Assembly (NCBI GenBank): GCA_963831745.1
Contig: CAWHRD010000005.1
Span: forward strand, 20,341 to 84,340
Source of the DNA: an uncultured Chloroflexia bacterium
GTDB lineage: Bacteria > Chloroflexota > Limnocylindria > Limnocylindrales > CSP1-4
Reading direction: 5' to 3'
DNA length: 64,000 nt
Below the pieces are notes generated by a model that was not told the DNA's origin, searched no databases, and saw only the letters and a list, made by a program, of their open reading frames with translations. Below are positions 56,144-64,000 of the stretch, in pieces; position 1 is the stretch's first letter; each line of letters opens with the position of its first letter. The translations under genes were made by a program, and so were the position numbers.

Positions 56144-56256
56144 CGGGGCCGCTCCTCGGTGCGTTGGTGCTGACGGTAGGTGGAAGGTGACGGTGGTGGG
56201 AAGGGGCCGTTGGCGCTCGGCGGGTGGTGCCGCCGGCCGGGCGTCGGGACCGGACG

Positions 56257-57690
56257 TCAGAGGCCGGCTGTGGCCTCGGCGCGCTCGACCACCGCCCGCA
56301 CGGCCTTCTCGACGTCGGGGTCGAGCGGCGTGGGGAGGTGGCTGCCGAGCAGTTCGTCCACGCGGACCGCGGCCCGCTGGGCAAGGGTGGTCGCGCCGGC
56401 CGAGCGCCACGGCTCGTACCCCCGGCGGTCGAACAGCGTCGGGTACCACCGGTCGCGGTAGTGCGCGAACGTGTGGTCGAGCTCGAGGTACGACCCGTCG
56501 ACGCCGTGAGCCTCCACGAGGTCCAGGGCCAGCGCCTCGTCGGAGACGTCGACGGGGCGGACCAGGGCGTTGATCCAGCCGGCCAGCTCGTCGCAGATCA
56601 CGAGCTGCACGAGCGAGCCCGTGAGGCCGGACTCCAGGTAGCCGCAGTCGTGGATGAGGTGGCCGCCGGCCAGGGCGTCGGCGAGCATCGTCATGCCCGC
56701 CTCGGCCGCGGCCTGCTCGTCGACGACCTTCGAGTCGCTGCCGGCGCCGAGGCTGAACATGGGCAGGCCCCAGCGGTGGGCCAGGGATGCGGCGACTCCC
56801 TTGGGCTCGGGGCCGGCGTACGGGTCGACCATCGTCCGCAGGTCGAGCGAGTCGCCGCCGAAACCCGGGACCACGACGGGCGTGCCCTCGCGCGCGAGCT
56901 GTGCCAGGACGACGCCCGCGAGGACGCCGGCCGTGTTGATGGCCATCGTCCCGGCGAGGGTGACCGGGCCGGTCGTGCCGCCGGACGTGACCGGGATCCA
57001 GAGGGCCGGCACACCGCGCTCGGCGCAGGCGAGGAGCTTGCGGACGGAGTCCTCGTTGAAGAGGAGGCCGCGCGTGACGTTGATGTAGACCGCCACCCGG
57101 GGACGGTCGGCGTGCTCCCGGCGGCCGCCGGCCACCGCCTCGGCCATCTCCAGGCCGTCGAGCATGCCCGCGAGGTCGTAGGTGACGAGGACGATCGGCT
57201 TGCGGGTCAGCTCGAGCATCGCCGCGGCCTGGTGGCGGTCGGCGAGGGCCTGGTCGACGTCCTCGGGCAGGAACATCGACATCACGAAGTCGATGTCGGG
57301 GAGGGCGTCGGCGAGCGTGAGGCCCTCCGCGAGGTCGCTGGAGGTGGCGCGGCGTCGCTCGCCGGTCCGGTGGTCGAGGACGTTGAGGCAGTCCGAGCCG
57401 GTCCCGAAGTAGTGGCGCCGTCCCGCCAGGCGGATCGCCGGCGCCCCCGCGCGATCGTGGAGCGTGACCTCCTTCGGCGCCTGCTCGATCGCCCAGGTGA
57501 CGAGCCGCTCCGGGATGCGAACCCGCGACCCGTCGACGAGGGCACCGGAGTCGCGCAGCAGGTCGAGCGCCTCCGGGACCGGGATCTCGACGCCTGTCCG
57601 CTCGAGGATCTCGAGGGCGGCCGACTCGAGGCGAGCGGCCGTCGCCGGCGCCAGCCGGTCCCAGCGCGGCGTCTCGCGCGCGTCCGTCAT
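56257..57690 (-). CDS. MttB-superfamily methyltransferase, non-Pyl, copy 3
   Basis: Trimmed to the ATG at 57690, with GGAGGAGG upstream. 477 aa. LEILERTGVEI..., TSGGTTGPVTLAG, DHTFAHYRDRWYP. Confidence 0.75.
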   Translation of the reverse strand: MTDARETPRWDRLAPATAARLESAALEILERTGVEIPVPEALDLLRDSGALVDGSRVRIPERLVTWAIEQAPKEVTLHDRAGAPAIRLAGRRHYFGTGSDCLNVLDHRTGERRRATSSDLAEGLTLADALPDIDFVMSMFLPEDVDQALADRHQAAAMLELTRKPIVLVTYDLAGMLDGLEMAEAVAGGRREHADRPRVAVYINVTRGLLFNEDSVRKLLACAERGVPALWIPVTSGGTTGPVTLAGTMAINTAGVLAGVVLAQLAREGTPVVVPGFGGDSLDLRTMVDPYAGPEPKGVAASLAHRWGLPMFSLGAGSDSKVVDEQAAAEAGMTMLADALAGGHLIHDCGYLESGLTGSLVQLVICDELAGWINALVRPVDVSDEALALDLVEAHGVDGSYLELDHTFAHYRDRWYPTLFDRRGYEPWRSAGATTLAQRAAVRVDELLGSHLPTPLDPDVEKAVRAVVERAEATAGL

Positions 57691-57921
57691 CGAGCCTCCT
57701 CCACGCCGCCCGTGCGCCGGGCACGCCGCCCCACCCTGCGAGGGTGGACGGCGCGACCCGTCCCGCGACAGGGACCTTCGGCCCGAATCCGGCACGGTTC
57801 GGGCGGTGCTCGGCCTCCGCGCCCGGGCTCCGCGCGTGGGGCGGCGGGCGGGCCCGGGTTGCGCGCGTGGGGCGGGCCCGGGCCCGGCGCGGCCGGGCGG
57901 GGGAGGCGCGGTCGGCCGCCG

Positions 57922-59040
57922 TCAGGAGGCCGCCGTGAGAGCGCCCAGCGTCGAGTCCTCGCCGGCGACCGTCGGCAGGTCGCCCCGGGGATTGGCACAG
58001 CACCCGGCGGCGCACACGGCCGGCCACGGCCCCAGCGGGCTGAGCGCCGTCGGAGCGCCGCCGGAGATGCGCTCGAGCACGAGGTCGACGATCCCGGACA
58101 CGAACGCCGTGGCCGTGCCCGGCGTCGCCACCCGGAGCATGCGGACCCCGAGCTCGTCGCAGGTCTCCCGGGCCTCGTGATCGAGGTCCCAGGCAACCTC
58201 CACGTGATCGCTGACGAAGCCGATCGGCACGACCACGGCGGCCCGCATCCCGTCGGCGTGGGCCTCGCGGAGCGCGTCGTTCACGTCGGGCTCGAGCCAC
58301 GGCACGTGCGGCGAGCCGCTCCGGGACTGGTAGACCAGCGAGGACGCCGGCACGTCCACGCCGCGCGCCCGGACCCCCGCAACGACGAGGTCGATCGCCG
58401 CCAGGTGCTGGGCCACGTAGGCCCCGCCGGCGTCGAAGCGTCCCGGGGGGCCGGACGCGGACGCCATCGACACTGGGATCGAGTGGGTCGTGAACAGCAC
58501 CCTGACGTCCGCCGGGAGGTAGCCCACGCCGGCCAGGATCCCGAGCGCCTCGGCGAGCCCGTCGGCAAAGGGGGTGACGAAGCCGGGATGGTCGAAGAAG
58601 TGGCGGACCTTGTCGATGGCGAGACGCCCGCCCAGGCCCGCCTCGTCCAGGCTCCGGGCAAGGTCCTCCCGGTACTGGCGACACCCGGAGTACGACGCGT
58701 AGGCGCTGGTGGCGAGGGCGAGGACGCGGCGGTGGCCGTCCGCGTGGATCCGGGCCAGCTCGGGAGCCAGGTACGGAGCCCAGTTGCGGTTGCCCCAGTA
58801 CACGGGGAGGTCGACGCCGCGCGCGGCCAGCTCGGTTCGGAGGGCGGCGAGCAGTGCCCGGTTCTGGTCGTTGATGGGGCTCACCCCGCCGAACGCGAGG
58901 TAGTGGTGCGCGACGTCCTCGAGCCGCTCCCGCGGGATGCCCCGGCCCCGAGTGACGTTCTCGAGGAAGGGCATCACGTCGGCCGGCCCCTCCGGGCCCC
59001 CGAAGGAGACGAGGAGGAAGGCGTCGTACGCCGTGCTCAT
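57922..59040 (-). CDS. cpfC: Coproporphyrin ferrochelatase, actinobacterial type with C-terminal Cys cluster
   Basis: Trimmed to the ATG at 59040, which overlaps the chdC stop (ATGA). FLLVSFGGPEG, THSIP and GFVSDHVEV motifs. C-terminal CAAGCC. Confidence 0.85.
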   Translation of the reverse strand: MSTAYDAFLLVSFGGPEGPADVMPFLENVTRGRGIPRERLEDVAHHYLAFGGVSPINDQNRALLAALRTELAARGVDLPVYWGNRNWAPYLAPELARIHADGHRRVLALATSAYASYSGCRQYREDLARSLDEAGLGGRLAIDKVRHFFDHPGFVTPFADGLAEALGILAGVGYLPADVRVLFTTHSIPVSMASASGPPGRFDAGGAYVAQHLAAIDLVVAGVRARGVDVPASSLVYQSRSGSPHVPWLEPDVNDALREAHADGMRAAVVVPIGFVSDHVEVAWDLDHEARETCDELGVRMLRVATPGTATAFVSGIVDLVLERISGGAPTALSPLGPWPAVCAAGCCANPRGDLPTVAGEDSTLGALTAAS

Positions 59041-59732
59041 CGGAGCACCTCGACCGCCTCGGCGAGGCCGATCCGTCGCCCGGTATGGAACGGCACTTCC
59101 TCGCGCACGTGGCGCCGGGCCTGGGTCGCCCGCAGGTCGCGCATGAGGTCGACCAGGTCGTGGAGGTCGTCCGACTCCAGGGCGAGGATCCACTCCCAGT
59201 CGTTGAGGGCGAACGACGCCACGGTGTTCGCCTGGACGCCGGTGAAAGCCCGCCCTGCCAGCCCGTGCTCGTGAAGCATGGCGCCCCGCTCGGCCTCCGG
59301 GAGCAGGTACCACTCGTAGGACCGCACGAACGGGTAGACGCAGAGCCAGCTGCGGGGCTCGGAGCCCAGCATGAACGACGGCACGTGGTCGCGGCTGAAC
59401 TCGGCCGGACGGTGCGTCCCCATGGCCGACCAGGCGAACGACGTCCGGCTGCCGGCCTCGGTGCGCCGGAACCCGCGGAGCGCAGCCTGGAGCGACTCGG
59501 CGCTCGGGCCGTGGAGCCAGAGCATGAGGTCGGTCCCGGCGCGGAAGCCCGACACGTCGTAGCAGCCGCGCAGGACGACGTCCTCGCCGGCGAGGGCGGC
59601 AGCCCATGCCTCGAGGCCGGCTGCCGCGCCCTCGTCGATCGTCGCGCCGGTCCGCCCGAACACCGACCAGAGGGCGTACCGGACGGTGCGGTTCGGGTCG
59701 AGCTGCTTCGCCGGGTCGACCAGGTCGGTCAT
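59037..59732 (-). CDS. chdC: Coproheme decarboxylase (HemQ, chlorite-dismutase family)
   Basis: Trimmed to the ATG at 59732, with GAGGAG upstream. 231 aa. YPFVRSYEWYLL and WEWILALESDD blocks are typical of HemQ. Confidence 0.85.
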   Translation of the reverse strand: MTDLVDPAKQLDPNRTVRYALWSVFGRTGATIDEGAAAGLEAWAAALAGEDVVLRGCYDVSGFRAGTDLMLWLHGPSAESLQAALRGFRRTEAGSRTSFAWSAMGTHRPAEFSRDHVPSFMLGSEPRSWLCVYPFVRSYEWYLLPEAERGAMLHEHGLAGRAFTGVQANTVASFALNDWEWILALESDDLHDLVDLMRDLRATQARRHVREEVPFHTGRRIGLAEAVEVLR

Positions 59733-59875
59733 CGGTTCTCCTCGAATGTGCCGGTCCGACCGCTGCGAACCCGGCTGTCGTGCCTCGACCGGGCGCGGTC
59801 CGGGCGTGCTCACGCCGTCGCCCCATACGATACCGGCGACCCGCTCCCGGCGGGTCCGCCGCCGTCGGCGGCATC

Positions 59876-59887
59876 TATCGTTCGATA
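59876..59887. promoter_or_regulatory. AT-rich inverted repeat TATCG-TT-CGATA in the divergent chdC / regulator-hemA spacer (candidate operator)
   Basis: Arms are 5+5 bp, extendable to a 14/18 palindrome (ATCTATCGTTCGATACAT). It stands out in otherwise GC-rich DNA. Confidence 0.25.
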
Positions 59888-60109
59888 CATCCTCGCGCCG
59901 GAGACCGGACCGATGCGCACGGTCGAGGGCTCGGTTATTGTGCCCGGGGGCGGATGGGGCCGCTGGGGGCTCACGGGCAGAATCCCGTTCAGGTGTCAGG
60001 CTGCGGGGCTCGCCCGCGGCAACGAGGGCCGGTCGAGGCGAACCGGAAGGCCGCGTCGAAGTGCGACCTCGAGGCTGGGAGATATGAGCGAATTGACAAG
60101 GTTCGAGCG

Positions 60110-60904
60110 ATGGGGCTCGCAGGGGCCGGCAGCGTGACGCCCGCCGCCCCGCCGGCCGGCGCCGCCGACTGGATCTCGATCCGGGAGGCCAGCGCCATGC
60201 TCGGCGTCTCGCCTGCCACGCTCCGCCGATGGGCCGAGGCCGGCGTCGTCCCGGCGTTCACCACCCCCGGCGGCCATCGCCGCTTCAGCCGGTCCGCGAT
60301 CTCGGCACGCCTGCCGGGCGCACGGGCCTCGCGGCGCAACCTGGCCGGCCTCGGCACGACCACCGAGGGGATGGCCGAGCGCTATCGGCGCCAGGCCCAC
60401 GGCGCAGCCGCGGCCGCCCCGTGGCTCGCGGCGGTCCCGGAGTCGTCGCGCGAGCTCCTGCGGGAGCACGGTCGGGCGATCGCCGCCGCGCTCATCGGGA
60501 CGGTGGAGGCGACGAGCGAGCGAGAGCGCGCCGCGACCCTCGCCGGCGCGATGGCGGCTGCCGCCGACTATGGCCGGCTCGCGGCGATGCTCGGGGCGAG
60601 CATGCGCCAGACCGTGGCCACGTTCCTCCAGTTCCGGCGGCCCTTCGTCGAGGAGATGGCCGCCGTCGCCCGGCGCGGCGAGCTCGACGGCGCCGAGACG
60701 GCCGCCCTGCTGGCGGTGGCGGGCGAGGCGATCGACCGCCTGCTCGACGCCACGCTCGAGGCGCACGAGGCCGCCTCCGCCGAAGCCGCGGCCGCCGCCT
60801 TCGCCGGAGAGTCCGCAGCTCCCGCCGAAGCCGCGGCTCCCGCCGAGGAGTCCGCAGCTCCCGCCGACGCCGCGGCCGACGCCCTTGCGGGAGCCCGCCG
60901 ATGA
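60110..60904 (+). CDS. Excisionase/MerR-like HTH (HTH_17-type) regulator with an all-helical C-terminal domain
   Basis: ISIREASAMLGVSPATLRRWAEAGVVPAFTTPGGHRRF is an HTH_17-like motif. Start is the ATG at 60110 or the GTG at 60134. The stop overlaps the hemA start (ATGA). Confidence 0.65.
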   Translation: MGLAGAGSVTPAAPPAGAADWISIREASAMLGVSPATLRRWAEAGVVPAFTTPGGHRRFSRSAISARLPGARASRRNLAGLGTTTEGMAERYRRQAHGAAAAAPWLAAVPESSRELLREHGRAIAAALIGTVEATSERERAATLAGAMAAAADYGRLAAMLGASMRQTVATFLQFRRPFVEEMAAVARRGELDGAETAALLAVAGEAIDRLLDATLEAHEAASAEAAAAAFAGESAAPAEAAAPAEESAAPADAAADALAGARR

Positions 60905-62124
60905 GCCTCGACCTCGCCGCGCGACGCGACGCGACGCCCGGGCTGGATCGACAGGCCGGTGACGGTGCCGGCCCGGGCGTGCCCGTCGTGGAGGCACTCC
61001 TCCTCCACGCGCGCCGGGTGCCTAGCCTCGAGCGCGAGGCATTCGTCGCGCGGCTGGCCGGCCTGCCCGTCGACGAGCGCTGGGTCCTCCTTCACACCTG
61101 CCACCGGGTGGAGCTGTATGTCGCACCGGGCGCCCGCGGCCTGCCCGAGCTCCCGGAGCTCCCCGACGGCACGCAGCGGCTTGCCGACGTCGAGGCGGTG
61201 CGGCACCTGATCACCGTCGCGTGCGGCCTCGACAGCGCCGTCCTCGGCGAGGACCAGATCCTGCACCAGGTGCGAACCTGCCTCGCCGAGCGCCACGTCG
61301 CGGGACCGCTCGACCCCGTCCTCGACCGGCTCTTCCACGCCGCCCTGCGCGCCGGTCGCAAGGCCCACGCGTGGTTCGACGGGCCGCCCCGCTCGCTGGC
61401 TGACGTCGCCCTGGACCGGGTCGCGCGGACCGGCGGGACGCTCGACGACCGCGCGATCCTCGTCGTGGGCGCCGGCCGGATGGGCCGGCTCGCGGCGCTG
61501 GCGGCCCATCGTCGCGGCGCGCGGGTGGTCGTCGTCAACCGGACCGACGAGCGGGCGGCAGCTCTCGCGACCGAGCTCGGAGGCATCGCCGTCCCCTACG
61601 CGAGCGACGGTCTCCTGCCACCCGTCGCCGGCGCCATCGTCGCCCTCGGCGGCCCATGGGAGCCCGGTCCGCTCGATGCGACGGCCCTGGTCGAGGCCGG
61701 GATCGAGGTGGTGGACCTCTCCTCGCCAACCTCGGTGGAGGCCGGTCTGCGGGGGCGGCTCGGGGCGCGCTTCACCTCCGTCGACGACCTGGTCGTTGGG
61801 CCGGAGTTCGAGCCGCACGATCGCCTCCGGCGGCGCCTAGAGTCCCTGGTCGCCGAGGCCGGCCGCGACTACTGCGCCTGGCTCCGCGGCCGCGACGCCG
61901 TGCCGGTCGTCCAGGCCCTCACGGCCGGCGCCGAGAGCCTTCGGCAGGTCGAGATGGAGTGGCTCCTGCGCCGCCTGCCCGATCTCACGGAGGAGGAGCG
62001 CGCGCGCGTGGAGCAGATGAGCCACCGCCTCGTCGCGGCGCTCCTCCACGCGCCGCTGGCGGCGCTGCACCAGGACGATACCGGGACTCTGGAGCGACCG
62101 GCCCGCGACCTCTTCGGGGTCTGA
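60901..62124 (+). CDS. hemA: Glutamyl-tRNA reductase
   Basis: Trimmed to the ATG at 60901. Active-site context LLHTCHRVELY. GLDSAVLGEDQILHQV. NADPH site VVGAGRMG. Confidence 0.85.
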   Translation: MSLDLAARRDATPGLDRQAGDGAGPGVPVVEALLLHARRVPSLEREAFVARLAGLPVDERWVLLHTCHRVELYVAPGARGLPELPELPDGTQRLADVEAVRHLITVACGLDSAVLGEDQILHQVRTCLAERHVAGPLDPVLDRLFHAALRAGRKAHAWFDGPPRSLADVALDRVARTGGTLDDRAILVVGAGRMGRLAALAAHRRGARVVVVNRTDERAAALATELGGIAVPYASDGLLPPVAGAIVALGGPWEPGPLDATALVEAGIEVVDLSSPTSVEAGLRGRLGARFTSVDDLVVGPEFEPHDRLRRRLESLVAEAGRDYCAWLRGRDAVPVVQALTAGAESLRQVEMEWLLRRLPDLTEEERARVEQMSHRLVAALLHAPLAALHQDDTGTLERPARDLFGV

Positions 62125-62127
62125 CCG

Positions 62128-63939
62128 TTGCCGCCGGCGTCCGCCCCGCTCCGCCTCGGCACGCGGGGCAGCGCGCTCGCCCTCGCTCAGTCGGGCATGG
62201 TCGCCGACGCCCTGCGCGCCCTTGGCGCCTCCGTCGAGCTCGTCGTCATCCGGACCGCCGGGGACGACCGGCCTCCGTCCACGACGTGGGGCGAGGGCGC
62301 GTTCGTGATGGCCCTCGAGGCGGCCCTCCTCGACGGGCGGATCGACCTCGCCGTCCACAGCGCGAAGGACGTGCCGACGGCCGAGGACCCGCGACTCGCG
62401 ATCGCCGCCTACCCGACGCGCGAGGACCCGCGGGACGCGCTCGTGTGCCGCGAGCCCGGGGCGACGCTCGCGACGCTCCCCGAGGGCGCCGTGATCGGCA
62501 CCGACAGCCCGCGGCGGGCGGCCTTCCTCCGGGCGCACCGGCCCGACCTGCGGACGCGTCCGCTGCACGGCAACGTCGACACGCGGCTGCGCAAGCTGGC
62601 CGACGGCGACGCCGACGCGCTGGTCCTCGCCGTCGCCGGGCTGCGACGCCTCGGCCTGAGCGGGCGGATCAGCGAGGTCCTGCCGGCGTCGATCACGCTC
62701 CCCGCCCCGGGCCAGGGCGCGCTCGCGATCGAGGTGCGCGCGGACGACGACGCGGTCCGCGCCGTCGTCGGGGTGCTCGACGACCCCGCGACGCGCGCGG
62801 CGGTGGAGACCGAGCGGGCCTTCCTGCGCGCGACCGGCGGCGGGTGCCGGGCTCCGATCGGGGCGCTGGCCCGGGTGGCCGACGGTGTCGTGTCGATCCG
62901 CGGCGCCGCCGCCCCGGAGCAGGCTGTGCCGGCCGGCGACGCTCCGGCGACGAACGCCGCGGCGGCGCCGGGGAAGACCTTCACGACGGTGGCCGGCGCC
63001 GACCTGCCCGCGCCGCCGGTCGCCTGGGCCGAGCGCCACGGCCCGGTCGCCGACGGCCCGCGGCTGGCACGAGCGCTCGCCGAGGACCTCGCCGCGGCGC
63101 TGGCCGGGGAGGCGGCACGGTCCGTGAGCCGGCGGCCCGCCGGCCCGCCGCGGGTCCTCGTGACGCGCGAGCCCGGCCGGCCCGGCGCGTTGGCGGCGGC
63201 GCTGGCGGCACGCGAGCTCGAGCCGGTCGTCGTCCCCACGATCGAGCTCCGGCCGGTCATGCCGGGCGGGCCGCTCGACGCGGCCGCGGCGGACCTCGCG
63301 CGATACGCCTGGTCCGTCGTGACCAGCGCCGGCGGGGCGACGGCCCTCGCCGACGCGGCCGCGCGCACCGGCGCCGACTTCCCCGCGACCCGGATCGGGG
63401 CCGTGGGACCCGCCACCGCGGAGGCCGTGGCGGCCCGCGGCGGGCGGGTGGCCTTCGTCCCGAGCCGCGCCGGAGGTGCGGCCCTGGGCGACGAGCTCCC
63501 CGTGCGGCCCGGCGAGCGCGTCCTCCTGGCCCGCGCCGACGCCGCCGACGACGTGCTGCCGGCGCGCCTGCGCGCCCGCGGGGCGATCGTCGACGACATG
63601 GTGGCCTACCACACGGTCGAGGCGCCGGAGGCCGGCCGCCGACCGGCGCGCGACGCCGTGCGGGACGGCCTCGCGGCAGTGGTGTTCACCAGCGGCTCCA
63701 CGGTGCGCGGCCTCCTCGCCCTCCTCCCGCCGGCCGAGCGCCGCGCCGTCCTCGCCGTCCCGGCCTGCTGCATCGGGCCCTCCACCGCAGGCGTCGCCCG
63801 CGAGGCGGGGTTCGCCCGCGTCGAGACGGCCGACGCCCAGGCGATCGACGCCGTCGTCGAGCTCGTCGCGACCGTCGTCGCGAGCTCCCCCCAGGGTGCC
63901 GTCCTCGCGGCCGGCGCCGCCAACGAGGTCCAGCCATGA
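62128..63939 (+). CDS. hemC: Fused hydroxymethylbilane synthase (HemC) / uroporphyrinogen-III synthase (HemD)
   Basis: 603 aa in a single ORF with a TTG start. The N-half has LRLGTRGSALALAQ, HSAKDVP, GNVDTRL and GGGCRAPIGA. The C-half has RVLVTREPG...VVTSAGG...VVFTSGSTV, typical of HemD. Confidence 0.8.
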   Translation: MPPASAPLRLGTRGSALALAQSGMVADALRALGASVELVVIRTAGDDRPPSTTWGEGAFVMALEAALLDGRIDLAVHSAKDVPTAEDPRLAIAAYPTREDPRDALVCREPGATLATLPEGAVIGTDSPRRAAFLRAHRPDLRTRPLHGNVDTRLRKLADGDADALVLAVAGLRRLGLSGRISEVLPASITLPAPGQGALAIEVRADDDAVRAVVGVLDDPATRAAVETERAFLRATGGGCRAPIGALARVADGVVSIRGAAAPEQAVPAGDAPATNAAAAPGKTFTTVAGADLPAPPVAWAERHGPVADGPRLARALAEDLAAALAGEAARSVSRRPAGPPRVLVTREPGRPGALAAALAARELEPVVVPTIELRPVMPGGPLDAAAADLARYAWSVVTSAGGATALADAAARTGADFPATRIGAVGPATAEAVAARGGRVAFVPSRAGGAALGDELPVRPGERVLLARADAADDVLPARLRARGAIVDDMVAYHTVEAPEAGRRPARDAVRDGLAAVVFTSGSTVRGLLALLPPAERRAVLAVPACCIGPSTAGVAREAGFARVETADAQAIDAVVELVATVVASSPQGAVLAAGAANEVQP

Positions 63940-64000
63940 GCGCCGTCACGGACGCCCGGCACGTCCCGCCCCCGGCCGTCGATCCCGAGGCCGTCCCGGC
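63936..64000 (+). CDS. 5' end of an unidentified CDS (by synteny possibly porphobilinogen synthase), truncated by the window edge
   Basis: ATG at 63936 overlaps the hemC-hemD stop (ATGA). Only 21 codons are visible. Confidence 0.3.
   Translation, partial: MSAVTDARHVPPPAVDPEAVP

Noticed and set aside
52468-57690. Pyrrolysine (in-frame TAG) decoding in the MttB homologues.
   Set aside because: All three ORFs are continuous with family-typical lengths and have no internal amber codon. No pyl genes are in the window.
56144-57921. Cobalamin riboswitch upstream of the corrinoid or MttB genes.
   Set aside because: I could not find a B12-box-like element or the conserved GGGAA/GCCACTG core in either leader (56144-56256 or 57691-57921). 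Visual inspection is weak, so an Rfam/Infernal scan is still needed.

Overview
Very GC-rich chromosomal segment (about 70% or more by eye, not computed). It carries about 55 protein-coding genes. By eye I found no rRNA, tRNA or CRISPR array. The gene content suggests a monoderm, Actinomycetota-like organism: coproporphyrin-dependent haem genes (cpfC, chdC/hemQ), VanW, a GT87-like protein, and an ECF sigma with a ZAS anti-sigma. This taxonomic call is an inference.

Gene blocks in order:
- 0-6 kb: urate catabolism operon (uricase, malate synthase A, hydantoinase-type amidohydrolase plus DUF3830, HIU hydrolase, OHCU decarboxylase).
- 6-21 kb: housekeeping and envelope genes (OmpR-type regulator, YcaQ-like glycosylase, VanW, ABC-2 exporter, amidase, NuoF-like protein plus ferredoxin, HtrA, acyl-CoA ligase, frameshifted GH18).
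- 21-27 kb: TetR, an ECF sigma with a ZAS anti-sigma carrying a large Asp-box propeller ectodomain, and a decayed IS110-family element.
- 27-30 kb: Fe-S protein and a GT87-like membrane protein.
- 30.5-36.4 kb, the most unusual locus: a membrane-anchored hexahaem cytochrome c, a Tat-exported 4x[4Fe-4S] protein, an NrfD-type membrane subunit and an octahaem cytochrome c. No catalytic subunit is present. Two paralogous LuxR-type regulators bracket the module, and their receiver domains have lost the phospho-acceptor Asp and carry four conserved Cys.
- 36-52 kb: transporters, NDH-2, a methyltransferase, YbaK, a zinc-ribbon/cyclase/STAND/TPR protein, and two tandem Septum_form-domain paralogues.
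- 52.5-57.7 kb: three non-pyrrolysine MttB-family methyltransferases around one corrinoid protein.
- 57.9-64 kb: haem biosynthesis cluster (cpfC, chdC, HTH regulator, hemA, fused hemC-hemD).

Recurrent features:
- Short GC-rich tandem repeats (20-39 nt, 2-5 copies) sit in several divergent or convergent spacers, and in-frame in loop regions.
- About nine single-nucleotide-type frame disruptions are concentrated in four genes between 20.3 and 34.0 kb. These could be assembly errors or real gene decay, and I cannot distinguish the two from the sequence alone.

Many very long ORFs in the track are antisense or upstream-extension artefacts of high GC. Starts were trimmed using homology-like N-termini, Shine-Dalgarno-like motifs and stop/start overlaps.
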